64,000 nucleotides of DNA, from NCBI GenBank assembly GCA_965262365.1, contig OZ253541.1, positions 4,939,843 through 5,003,842 of the forward strand, in the 5' to 3' direction. The notes beneath the pieces were generated by a model. The model was not told the origin of the DNA and did no database searches. It worked only from the letters and a program-made list of their open reading frames with translations. The position numbers and the translations under genes were made by a program. Source of the stretch: Candidatus Rariloculaceae bacterium (GTDB taxonomy: Bacteria; Pseudomonadota; Gammaproteobacteria; Steroidobacterales; Rariloculaceae). Below are positions 55,611 through 64,000 of this stretch, piece by piece. The first letter of the stretch is position 1, and every line of letters starts with the position of its first letter.

Positions 55611-55909
55611 ATGAAACCGGCACCAAAGAGCATAGCGGCAATACTGGCACTTTCCCTCGCCGCCGCCGCGAGTGCCCAGACCCTTGACCTGGGTGTCGCG
55701 AAGTTCACGGCCGGCGACTATGCGGGCGCGCTTCGGGACCTTGTGCCCTTGGCCGAGCAGGGCAGCTCAACGGCCATGAAGACGCGGCTGGCGCCCGCTA
55801 TCGGATTGCCGAACAACTCTCACCGTCGGACCTTGTCATCGCCCAACAGATCGCGCAGCAGTGTCTCGAGCAGGGTTACGAATACTGCGTTAGACAAGAT
55901 GAGAGATAA
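55611..55909 (+). pseudogene. Sel1-repeat gene with all repeats deleted and a frame change
   Basis: MKPAPKSIAAILALSLAAAASAQTLDLGVAKFTAGDYAGALRDLVPLAEQGSSTA parallels the intact gene N-terminus. It then jumps, out of frame, to GHEDAAGARYRIAEQLSPSDLVIAQQIAQQCLEQGYEYCV, the equivalent of the intact gene's last about 40 aa. Confidence 0.7.
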
Positions 55910-55947
55910 CGACCGATTCGAGACAAACTGGAAGTTTGCGCCCCAGG

Positions 55948-56475
55948 TCAATCCGTCAGCAGGTGGCCATGGCAGTTCAGTTGCGCGTCGACGGCAAGAA
56001 ACGCCGCGCCGCAGCGTTCCAACCAATTCAGGCCGTCGGCTGGCTGTTTAAGTAACGCGATCGAGGCAATGGAACCGGCAACGACCGCTTGCCCCGCGGC
56101 GACGCTGACGCTCAAGAGGCCTTCTACCGGCCAGCCGGTGCGAGGATCGACCAGGGTTCATCGTCGGGTTGCGGTCCGACGATGCAAATGTCGCCGCCCA
56201 GATTGACCAGTCCGTGACGGATACCGGCCTTTCTGGCGATGATTGCCGTCGCATCGGCGACGTATTCCTTCACCACGCCGCCGAAATCCAGTTCCATCCC
56301 CTCCAGGGGCAGATAGATTTGCTTCTCGGAATACTCCACCTTCAACCAGCCGACCCTGGCCAGGCAGGCGTCCAATTCGCTCTGTCGAGGCAAAGTCGTG
56401 CGCCGTCGATGCCACACCCGGCGGAACACTCCTGATGTGATGTCAAACAGCCCGTCGCTCTGTTCGTAGCACACT
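55948..56475 (-). pseudogene. ApbE (FAD:protein FMN transferase) fragment, 5'-truncated and frameshifted
   Basis: FDITSGVF..ELDACLARVGWLKVEY..MELDFGGVVKEYVADATAIIARKAGIRHGLVNLGGDICIVG..EPW. After a frame change near 56125 it continues SVSVAAGQAVVAGSIASIALLKQPADGLNWLERCGAAFLAVD. Confidence 0.6.
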
Positions 56476-56830
56476 GACGCGTACTTCTCGCTGCCCATGT
56501 AACGGTCGACGCTCATGGTCAGCGCCCATCGCGGTTGCTGGACGATCCCCTTGAGGCCGACGGTCGCCGCGCCATAGGCGGACAAGCGGAGATCGCTGGA
56601 CTGGCTGAGGTCGGGCGGCAGAATGAAATTGTCGATGGGCAGGTAGAAGTCGGCGGCGGACTGACTGTAATAGCGAAGATTCGGGACGATCTGGAACCGG
56701 GCGCCGATGTTCTGGTACCAGGACGTGTGCAGCGTGTGCGAGGCAATTCCCCAGTCGTCGTCAAAGTAGCGGTAATCCAGGTGCAGGGCGCCGTCTCGAG
56801 CGACCTTACCGTTGTCAGAAATCCCGAAGA
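56476..56830 (-). pseudogene. DUF3570 outer-membrane protein fragment fused to the ApbE fragment
   Basis: LHLDYRYFDDDWGIASHTLHTSWYQNIGARFQIVPNLRYYSQSAADFY matches the DUF3570 pattern (YRYY.DDWGI.SHT...RYYSQ.AADFY). It lacks both of its own ends. Confidence 0.5.
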
Positions 56831-58565
56831 CGGCACGCAAGACTATATCGACACCAACAAGAGAGCACTGCAAGCTCTGGTCGAGGAGAAGGGTGCGGGC
56901 CACATCCTGAACAAGGTTCAGGCGATCGGCGGTCACGGTGGCGGACCTGTGGTGAAACAAGGCACGTTTGAATTCGTCAATCTCGAGCGCTTCCTCCGCG
57001 GCGAAGAAAGTGGCTCAACGGCACCCGCGATCACCGTGGACAACCTCTTCGAAGGCGTCACCATGGAGTCGCCGGCGCGAACTCTGTGGCGTGCCGCCAT
57101 TCTGTTTGCAGGGCGACTGCCGACTCAGGACGAGCTCGACGCCGTGCAGTACGGCCTGGGATCCAAGATGCGAGAAATTATTCGCGGCTACATGGACGGC
57201 CCTGCGTTCCACCAATTCCTGATCGATGGAGCCAATGATCGGTTGCTGACGGACCGAGGTCTCGAACACCGAGTCATCGATCTCGGTTCGCACGAATTCG
57301 TAGCGCTGAACAGGAAGTTCATCGAGGCCCTGAGATCGGCAGCGCGTCGTGGATACGAAGAACGTTGGGAAGATCCTCAGTACCGTGACTGGGAACGTGC
57401 CATTTCGGAAGGGGCCGCCCGAGCTCCGATCGAGCTTATCGCCCGTGTGGTCGAGAACGATCTACATTACAAAGAGATTCTGACGGCCAACTACATCATG
57501 GCGAATCCGAAAATGGCGGAAGCCTATGGTGCCTCGACCGAATTCGAAAATACAAATGACATCGACGAATTCAAGCCATCGACGATTGTGGACTACTACC
57601 GAAAGGACGATTCGAAGATAATCTCCAACGATCCAGAGTTTGACGTCAATGTTGTGATCAACTCGGGGAACTTGCAAACCACCTATCCGCACGCAGGTAT
57701 TCTGAACACGACATCCTTCCTGCAGCGCTACCCCTCGACGGCCACGAACCGCAACAGGGCACGTTCGCGCTGGACTTACTATCACTTCCTCGGTTGGGAT
57801 GTAGAAAAGTCGACGCAGCGCACCACGGATGCCGCGATTCTGGCCGACACCGATAACCCGACCATGTACAACCCGGCCTGTACGCACTGTCACGAGGCGC
57901 TCGGGCAATAGCAATACGTTTGAGATCATCCACTGTCCCGTAGTGGTGCCGGTGGACATTCCAAGCGACGACCATTACGAGGTACAGGTGGAAGTCTATG
58001 TCGGCTATAACTACTCCGACGAGCCCGATCAACCGGCCACAATGGCCGTGTGGGTGGCTGTACCGCAGTGGCACCAATAGAGCTACCCCAAGACGACACC
58101 TACACGATCGAGGTCGTCGCTTATCAGCGTCGCCTCGGAGACGAATCGGCGCGGATGGTGGTGGTCGTCGAATCGGACGATGGGGGTGCCGCCAGCGAAG
58201 CTGTCATTCGCGACAAGCTGGCCGACCTGCACTGGAAGCTGTTCGGTGCCGAAGTAGAGCCCGACTCACCCGATGTGAACGAAGCCTATGAATTGTTCTT
58301 CAAGGTGTGGTCCACGAAGCGCCGCACGGAATCCGGTCATTTCCATGACTCCGGATTCCGCTGCGACCCAGATGACAAGACTTACTACGATGAATTTTTC
58401 GATTCGATCGCCAGCTACAACGAATGGGGACATCCTGAGTGGGACAATCAGCGTATCGATCAGTTCAATGAAAACCTGAACATGACCGACTCGGTGCAGG
58501 TAGTCAGGGCATGGTCGGTCGTTCTGGCTTTCCTGATGACCGACTCTCGGTACTTTTATTTGTAG
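56827..58565 (+). pseudogene. large CxxCH-motif protein of the type that partners DUF1501 (DUF1549/1553- or DUF1588-like), 5'-truncated and broken into three frames
   Basis: FAGRLPTQDELDAV, NDRLLTDR, HAGILNTTSFLQRYPSTATNRNRARSRWTYYHFLG, NPACTHCHEALGQ, then a stop at 57909-57911. Two further ORF pieces follow (57829-58080 and 58050-58565), the last ending ..VLAFLMTDSRYFYL just before the DUF1501 gene. Confidence 0.5.
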
Positions 58566-58575
58566 GGGGTCTGGA

Positions 58576-59600
58576 ATGAAGCGCCGAACTTTTATTCAAG
58601 GCATGCTGGCGGCAGGCGCGGCGGGAGGATTTCGAGTGCCGTTCGCCAATGCGGCCGATTACACCGGGAAACTGTTCGTGTTTGCCCAGGCAATGGGCGG
58701 TTGGGACGTGACGAGTCTGTGCGACCCAAAGGTCAATCAGCCTGACGAGAAAAAGATCAACTATTGGGCGGATAGCGATGAGGTCGGCGAGGCCGGAAAC
58801 ATCCTCTACGCGCCCTTTGCGAACAACAAGACCTTCTTTGACAAGTATTATCAGCGAATGCTGGTGATCAACGGTGTCGATGCCCGGACCAATTCACACG
58901 ACACCGGCGTCATACACAACTGGAGCGGCCGGATCGGGGAAGGGTATCCGACAACCACGGCGCTGATGGCCGCACACAACGGACCGGCACTGGCCATGCC
59001 GTATCTTGCGTTTGACGGCTATTCGAATCCGGCTGGCGTCATCACGTATACGCGATTGGACGATACTGAGAAAATTCAGAACATCGCACTACCGGCGGCA
59101 AGGGGAGGGGACCCGACAGACCGGCCCTACTACAGCGGTTTGGATTGGCAGTTCCTGACTCAATACCGCAATGCGCGTGCGGCACGTCTGGCTGGAGCGC
59201 CCAATCTCATGCCCAGGGCAGAAGACAATCGGGCTCTTTACTCAATAGCTCTGCAGCCCGAAGCCACGGAAGGGTTGCGAGAATTCGCGGACCAGGTTCC
59301 TCACCATGACGACAGTCTTACCCACATCAAGAGGCAAGCTCAACTGGCCGTCGTCGCGTTCAAGGTCGGCGTGGCCGTCAGTGCGGACCTGGCCGAGGGT
59401 GGATTCGATACCCACGATGACCATGATCTTGAGCAAGGGCAGCGTATGGCCGAGTTCACTGACGGTGTGGACTACCTCTGGGACCAGGCTGAAAGCCACG
59501 GTATCGCCGACCGGCTGGTGGTGGTGATGGGCTCCGACTTTTCTCGCACCAACCACTACAACGACGATAACGGCAAGGACCACTGGCCTTACGGGCAGTT
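58576..59600 (+). pseudogene. DUF1501 (sulfatase-fold, Tat-signal) protein, 3'-truncated by the dispersed repeat
   Basis: MKRRTFIQGMLAAGAAGG (twin-arginine type), GGFDTHDDHD, VVVMGSDFSRTNHYNDDNGKDHWP. Family similarity ends about 59600, where repeat copy B begins; the ORF then reads through antisense repeat sequence. Confidence 0.6.
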
Positions 59601-59623
59601 CCTCATTCTTCCCCCTCTTCCGC

Positions 59624-60076
59624 GGGATGACTCCCATAGTAGATGCGCAACCGCCACGCATCCAGATTGCCCGTGTCGTCCGCGGCGCCGTCGAAGCCCT
59701 CGATCTGCCAATCGCCGTTCGGGCCCTCGCCGTAGAACGCGTTGCTCAGCAGGCGCCAGCGAATCTGCTCGATATCGTTCACGGCCAGCGTCTCGGAGTC
59801 TTCGGAAAAAATGGCGCCCGCAACGAGGCGGCCTCCGACCGCGCGCCGCGTTCCAGAACCAGTTGGTTGAGAACGTCGAAGTCGTCAAGCTCCACGCGAA
59901 TTGTGGGCGATACGACAAGCGTCATGGAGAGCGCCATATGCGGCCATTGCTTCGAGTGCATGATTGATTTCCTGTGTGATGCGGGACAACGCAGTGAGAG
60001 GATCCGGCAAGCTCGAACTTGAGCGCTCGGCAGCGAAATCATGTTCGTTGTTCGAATCGCTACCGGTCTGCGGCGG
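59624..60076 (-). pseudogene. P-domain-like remnant, dispersed repeat copy B (longest copy)
   Basis: The minus strand, in three frames, reads ...SLPDPLTALSRITQEINHALEAMAAYGAL / MTLVVSPTIRVELDDFDVLNQLVLERG / ETLAVNDIEQIRWRLLSNAFYGEGPNGDWQIEGFDGAADDTGNLDAWRLRIYYGSHP. The last has the F.GE..NG.W.L...D...D.G.L..W.L pattern. Confidence 0.65.
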
Positions 60077-60280
60077 ACTATAGCGCACGGCATCGGAAAA
60101 TTTGCGGAGCCGGACTTGATCCTGGCGTAATACCCGCAATGCGCCGACACCGTCAGAGCGCCTAGACCAATGATCAGGGCTACGCATACTGCGTCAGATA
60201 GGGAACCCGACCAGTCCGGTCTGGATGAATCCGATTGATTGTCATACCATGTCAGCCACGAGCCTACCCGCGTTAGTAGG

Positions 60281-60470
60281 AGACTGTACGACAACGGTTG
60301 GCAGAATCGGGTCGTTGACCTTTGTCCCTACGATGCCGGGACCGAGCCGGTGGATATCTACGCCATCGACGATTCCGGTACCCGTATCGGTTCGGCCACC
60401 TTCACGCTCGGCGCCTCGGCGGCGGCGGAGACGTGGCATCGTTCCTGACGTTCCTGGCCGATATCGACAG
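60281..60470 (+). pseudogene. collinear three-segment mini-copy of the Spondin_N/module gene
   Basis: 60281-60345 matches 44793-44858 (RLYDNGWQNRVVDL.PYDAGTE). 60346-60428 matches 45149-45231 (PVDIYAIDD.GTR.G.ATFTLGA.AAAE). About 60435-60470 matches about 46243-46278 (SFLTFLA). The frame is kept across the first junction only. Confidence 0.75.
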
Positions 60471-60555
60471 GCTCTCCCTGCATCGGCGGAATCCCGACCT
60501 CCGTTGTAAAATCGCGCATGGATTGCGTTTACCAGGCTCCCGAGAACAACCAACG

Positions 60556-61485
60556 ATGAAACCGGCATTCAAGTGTATAGCGGCACTACTCGCACTTTCC
60601 CTCGCCGTCGCCGTGAGTGCCCAGACCATGGACCAGGGTATTGCGAAGTTCAGCAGCGGCGACTATGAGGGAGCGCTCCGGGATCTGATGCCCTTCGCCG
60701 AACAGGGCAGCTCGACGGCGCAGTACCTTGTCGGTGCGATTTACGCCAACGGCCAGGGCGTCGTGCGCGACAATGTGGCCGCGGCGAGCTGGATAAGGCG
60801 CGCCGCGGAGCAGGAACATGCTCGCGCCCAGTTCTATCTCGGGCAAATGCATGAGCGGGGTCAGGGCGTCGACGCGGACCACGCCGAAGCCGCCCGGTGG
60901 TATGGGCGGGCTGCGTACCTGGGAGACGCGCAGGCGCAGTACAGGCTAGGAACGATGCGGGAGCTGGGGCTTGGCGTCGATCGGGATTTGGGTGAAGCAG
61001 CGAATTTGTACCGCAGCGCCGCCGAGCAGGACCATGCGGACGCTCAGGAGAGCCTCGGCGTGATGTACACCACCGGACAGGGAGTCGACCGGCATTACGG
61101 CGATGCAGTTATCTGGTTCGGCCGGGCGGCCGAGCAGGGGCACGCCCGGGCCCAATTCAGTCTCGGCGTGATGTACGCGGACGGACTGGGCGTCGAGCCG
61201 GACAGCGAGCAGGCGATCTACTGGTATCGTCGAGCCGCCGAGCAGGGGCACGCCCGGGCCCAATTCAATCTCGGCGTGGCGTACTACAACGGAGACGGTG
61301 TACGTAGGGACCCGGTACTTGCGTATGTCTGGGCCAATGTTGCGGCGTCCAGCGGTCATGAAGACGCTGCCGGCGTTCGCTTTCGAATTGCCGAACAGCT
61401 CTCCGCTTCGGACCTTGTCACTGCCCAACAGATTGTGCTCCAGTGCCGCCAGCAGGGTCACGAATACTGCGTCACGTTGCGCTGA
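60556..61485 (+). CDS. secreted Sel1-repeat (SLR) protein, intact
   Basis: Signal peptide MKPAFKCIAALLALSLAVAVSAQ, followed by about 7 Sel1 units (AAEQGHARAQFSLGVMYADGLGVEPDSEQAIYWYRRAAEQGHARAQFNLGVAYYNGDGV...). Confidence 0.85.
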   Translation: MKPAFKCIAALLALSLAVAVSAQTMDQGIAKFSSGDYEGALRDLMPFAEQGSSTAQYLVGAIYANGQGVVRDNVAAASWIRRAAEQEHARAQFYLGQMHERGQGVDADHAEAARWYGRAAYLGDAQAQYRLGTMRELGLGVDRDLGEAANLYRSAAEQDHADAQESLGVMYTTGQGVDRHYGDAVIWFGRAAEQGHARAQFSLGVMYADGLGVEPDSEQAIYWYRRAAEQGHARAQFNLGVAYYNGDGVRRDPVLAYVWANVAASSGHEDAAGVRFRIAEQLSASDLVTAQQIVLQCRQQGHEYCVTLR

Positions 61486-61609
61486 ACAGCGAACGTACGG
61501 GCGCCGACCCGGCCGACATTGGCATGAACCGCGGCATGATCGCCAAAAATGGCACGCCGATGCGCAGTTCTGCGGGACGCGCGCCACACTGTGCTATGGT
61601 CGAGCGAAC

Positions 61610-62960
61610 TCGATATCGCCCAATCTCAAAGATTTATTGTATGCTTAGGCGAAATAAGCGAGAAACTTGGCTCTAAAGCCGGGGTGTGTTGGGCCGTACT
61701 GCTGCAATTCCCACTTTATTTGAAACGGATTCGCAAGTATTATTGGGAGCCTGAGAACGGTTTGAAGAAATTGAAAAAAATCCTTTCTCTTTTGCACTCT
61801 TACTTCGGTTGGTTGAACGTTTGTAAGCAAACCGTTCACATTTGTTTATCAAACCCAGTCGAACTCCTGCGTAGTCCTGTCGCCAAACGTTCAGTTGAAA
61901 ACCCATCGTGTGCCGAATGTCTTTCATACTTGGCATTCGATCGCACAGGAAGTGTCAAGCATCTTTCGCACTTTTCTCTTTTGGGGTTGTGTCGAAAATA
62001 ATTCGCACCTTGGTACTGTAAAGACTCTTTCGCACTTTCCTTTTTGGCGGTCACCTCGGTTTGCAGTCGTGCCGCGGCATAAGCCCTCTCGTCGTTCATC
62101 TCTTCAATCAATGTCATGTTCATGTACCGGCGCAGTCCCCGGTGGGTGGCGGCGACATGGCGCAGCCGTGCAGCGGCGAGCATCAAGACCGAGCGTCCGT
62201 CCGGGTATCCCCGCCAATGCGTCGGCGACCGCCAGGCGTCTTTCCATTCCGGGATGACCCCTATTGTGAACGTACGACCCAAAAACGATTTGCGCTCTCA
62301 CTCATTGACGATGCTTGGATAACTATTGATATTTTTGAAAGTTGGAGAAGAATGCGGACTTGGATAGGCGGTAGCCAACAAGTCATTGGAATGATCGCGG
62401 AAAAGCCGGATCGCTTATAAGACTTCAATACGGCTTGCAATTTCAATAAAGACGAAGAACCGGAATACATAGAGACTTTAGAGAACCGCAACGGATCCGA
62501 AACCCTCGCTGGGATCAAACCGCAGCCGAGCGCCAACCCAGTTCACCAAATACTCAATTGACGATGATCGTGTTGCTTACCGCTCCAAACTCTTTCATGG
62601 AGAATCACAAGCACTATCGGGGTTGGCTTGTAGTGCGGTACATCGTCTTGCTTTGCAAAACATAGGCCCGTTAGTTTTCTGGAACTCCCACAGAGTGTTC
62701 AAGCCGCTTATGTTCGAGACAACTTTGATGTTTCCGACATTACTTTTCCAGTATCAGTCACGCCAACATTGCTCGTACTTCGTTTGTTGCATTCATCGTT
62801 CTCTCTTCCAAATTGTTTTGAAAAACTTCGATCACTGTCTGTTTCCATTGTCTCTGGTAAGTACACTGCCGTTTTGAATTCAGTTCTTCTACCTGGTGCT
62901 ACGTACATGGCTATTTGGAAAAGACGCAGGTACTTGACCAACTGCCCGGTCCGAAACGGT
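61610..62960. other. AT-rich island without convincing ORFs
   Basis: The composition drops visibly. For example, 61741-61800 has about 22 G+C in 60, against a roughly two-thirds G+C background. There are only short ORFs with no recognisable families, and one GC-rich patch (62100-62260). Confidence 0.6.
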
Positions 62961-63466
62961 CCGCCAGGGTCCGATAAGGTCCCTTGAGAGCCTGGAATCA
63001 AAGGACTTCGACCCACGGCCAGCCGCTGCGGCAACGTGCAATCCGGGCAGGGACGGACGAGAAAACCCAGGCGCTTTGCGCTATGTCGAAAGCGAAAACC
63101 GCAGCGTCGTCGCGTGTGATTTCTTGTCGGCGAGCCTATGCTGCGCCCGCTCGCCGACGCACGAGAGCGTCAGGCTTGAGTCTGGCCCGCGTGGCCGGTC
63201 CCACGCCCTTGTGACGCGATCCAGAAGCATTTCCCCGATCTGCCTTTCGTCGTCGTCGGATATGCCGATGAACGGTCGTGCCGGGATGTCTGCCCACCGC
63301 CGACGCTGCGCCACTTCGCCGCGTACCTGCCGAAGGCCGCCGAAAGGCCGAGGCTGCACTCGACCAGGACGCCGGTCGGACGTTCGATCGCCGGCACGAG
63401 CGAGGCGGCAGCAATGAACCGACACACCCACAAACGCGCCCCGGCGGCGACAATTCTGACCCAGTT

Positions 63467-64000
63467 CTATCTCCCAAGCGATTCCAAGCGTCCCAGCCAA
63501 TTCCCGAACCTGGGGCATGCATCGCGAATAACGTCCAATTCCGTATCCATCGCAACAATCGAACCGTAAAGAACCTTGTCATACCGGGGAATAATGCTTG
63601 CGATCCGCTTGCTCGGCGCTGTCGCTGTGTTGTCGTTAATGTCTTCGGGGGTCGGAAACGCTTCACGAATCCGGCGCAATTCCTGAATGGATTCCTCCGG
63701 TAAATCGATTAGCGTTTAAAAAACGTCCACATTCGAAAACAGCAACCCTTCGAACTCATGTTTCTGCACGTAGGGAAATACCCTCGATTGATCCCAGTTA
63801 CCGGTGAGCTTGTCGCAGACTGCGTCATGGATGCGTTCTTCCAGTTCAGCCGGCGAGCTGTCACCCTTGCCGACAAACCCGTAAAAGTCGACCAGCGAAG
63901 TCACGAAATCGAAACCCCGAAACAACATTGCCATGTCCGACGCGAGCCTGTGCACGGACACATGGCCGCCGCCTGATTTGCCGCGGGACCGACCAACCAG
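63467..64000 (-). pseudogene. DUF4276-family gene with an in-frame TAA, 5' end beyond the window
   Basis: ...SGGGHVSVHRLASDMAMLFRGFDFVTSLVDFYGF..VFPYVQKHEFEGLLFSNVDVF, then TAA at 63716-63718. The same frame continues TLIDLPEESIQELRRIREAFPTPEDINDNTATAPSKRIASIIPRYDKVLYGSIVAMD..IRDACPRFGNWLGRL. HEFE..L and PSKR are the family hallmarks as I recall them. Confidence 0.6.

Noticed and set aside
61836-62282. 148-aa minus-strand ORF as a possible tyrosine recombinase or antitoxin
   Set aside because: Only a faint RLRHVAATH resemblance. There are no catalytic R..H..R..Y framework residues that I can align. It is left as part of the AT-rich island finding.

Overview
GC-rich proteobacterial window; gene order looks gammaproteobacterial. 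It falls into two very different parts.

Positions 1-12.8 kb are ordinary, intact core genome:
- ygfA <- 6S RNA <- zapA <- a small coiled-coil gene
- pepP-ubiH-ubiI
- a tandem glycine riboswitch in front of gcvT-gcvH-gcvPA-gcvPB
- a large secreted trypsin-like/PDZ protease

From 12.8 kb to the end the window is accessory and heavily decayed. It holds an IS1634-family insertion (20/22 inverted repeats, 5-bp target duplication), an ICE-type STY4528-like replication-protein gene, and by my count at least 20 pseudogenes or gene fragments. These include in-frame stops, multi-frameshift genes, chimeric junctions and collinear multi-deletion mini-copies of genes that are still intact elsewhere in the window.

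Intact-looking blocks lie between the wreckage:
1. A TonB-dependent receptor plus three TlpA-like thiol-disulfide oxidoreductases. This block converges on a PAP2/vanadium-haloperoxidase-like lipoprotein and two tandemly duplicated CRTAC1 (FG-GAP + ASPIC/UnbV) genes.
2. An M16 peptidase.
3. An island of secreted proteins with eukaryote-type domains (Spondin_N, Calx-beta, TSP3, plant-type LRR, He_PIG, Sel1). They also share a tandem module I cannot name.
4. A lipoprotein with a collagen-like/Gly-rich tail, translationally coupled to a membrane-anchored TPR-like protein.
5. A divergent pair of DUF6152-fusion proteins.

The best candidates for something undescribed are the unnamed module family at 44-50 kb, the lipoprotein/TPR pair at 51.8-55 kb, the small membrane coiled-coil genes preceding large secreted genes, and the collinear mini-copies.

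All family names come from reading translations by eye and from memory. No search or alignment tool was run, coordinates of remnants and RNA ends are approximate, and identities are by-eye estimates. The supplied ORF track shows M for GTG/TTG starts and produces many long antisense ORFs in this GC-rich DNA.
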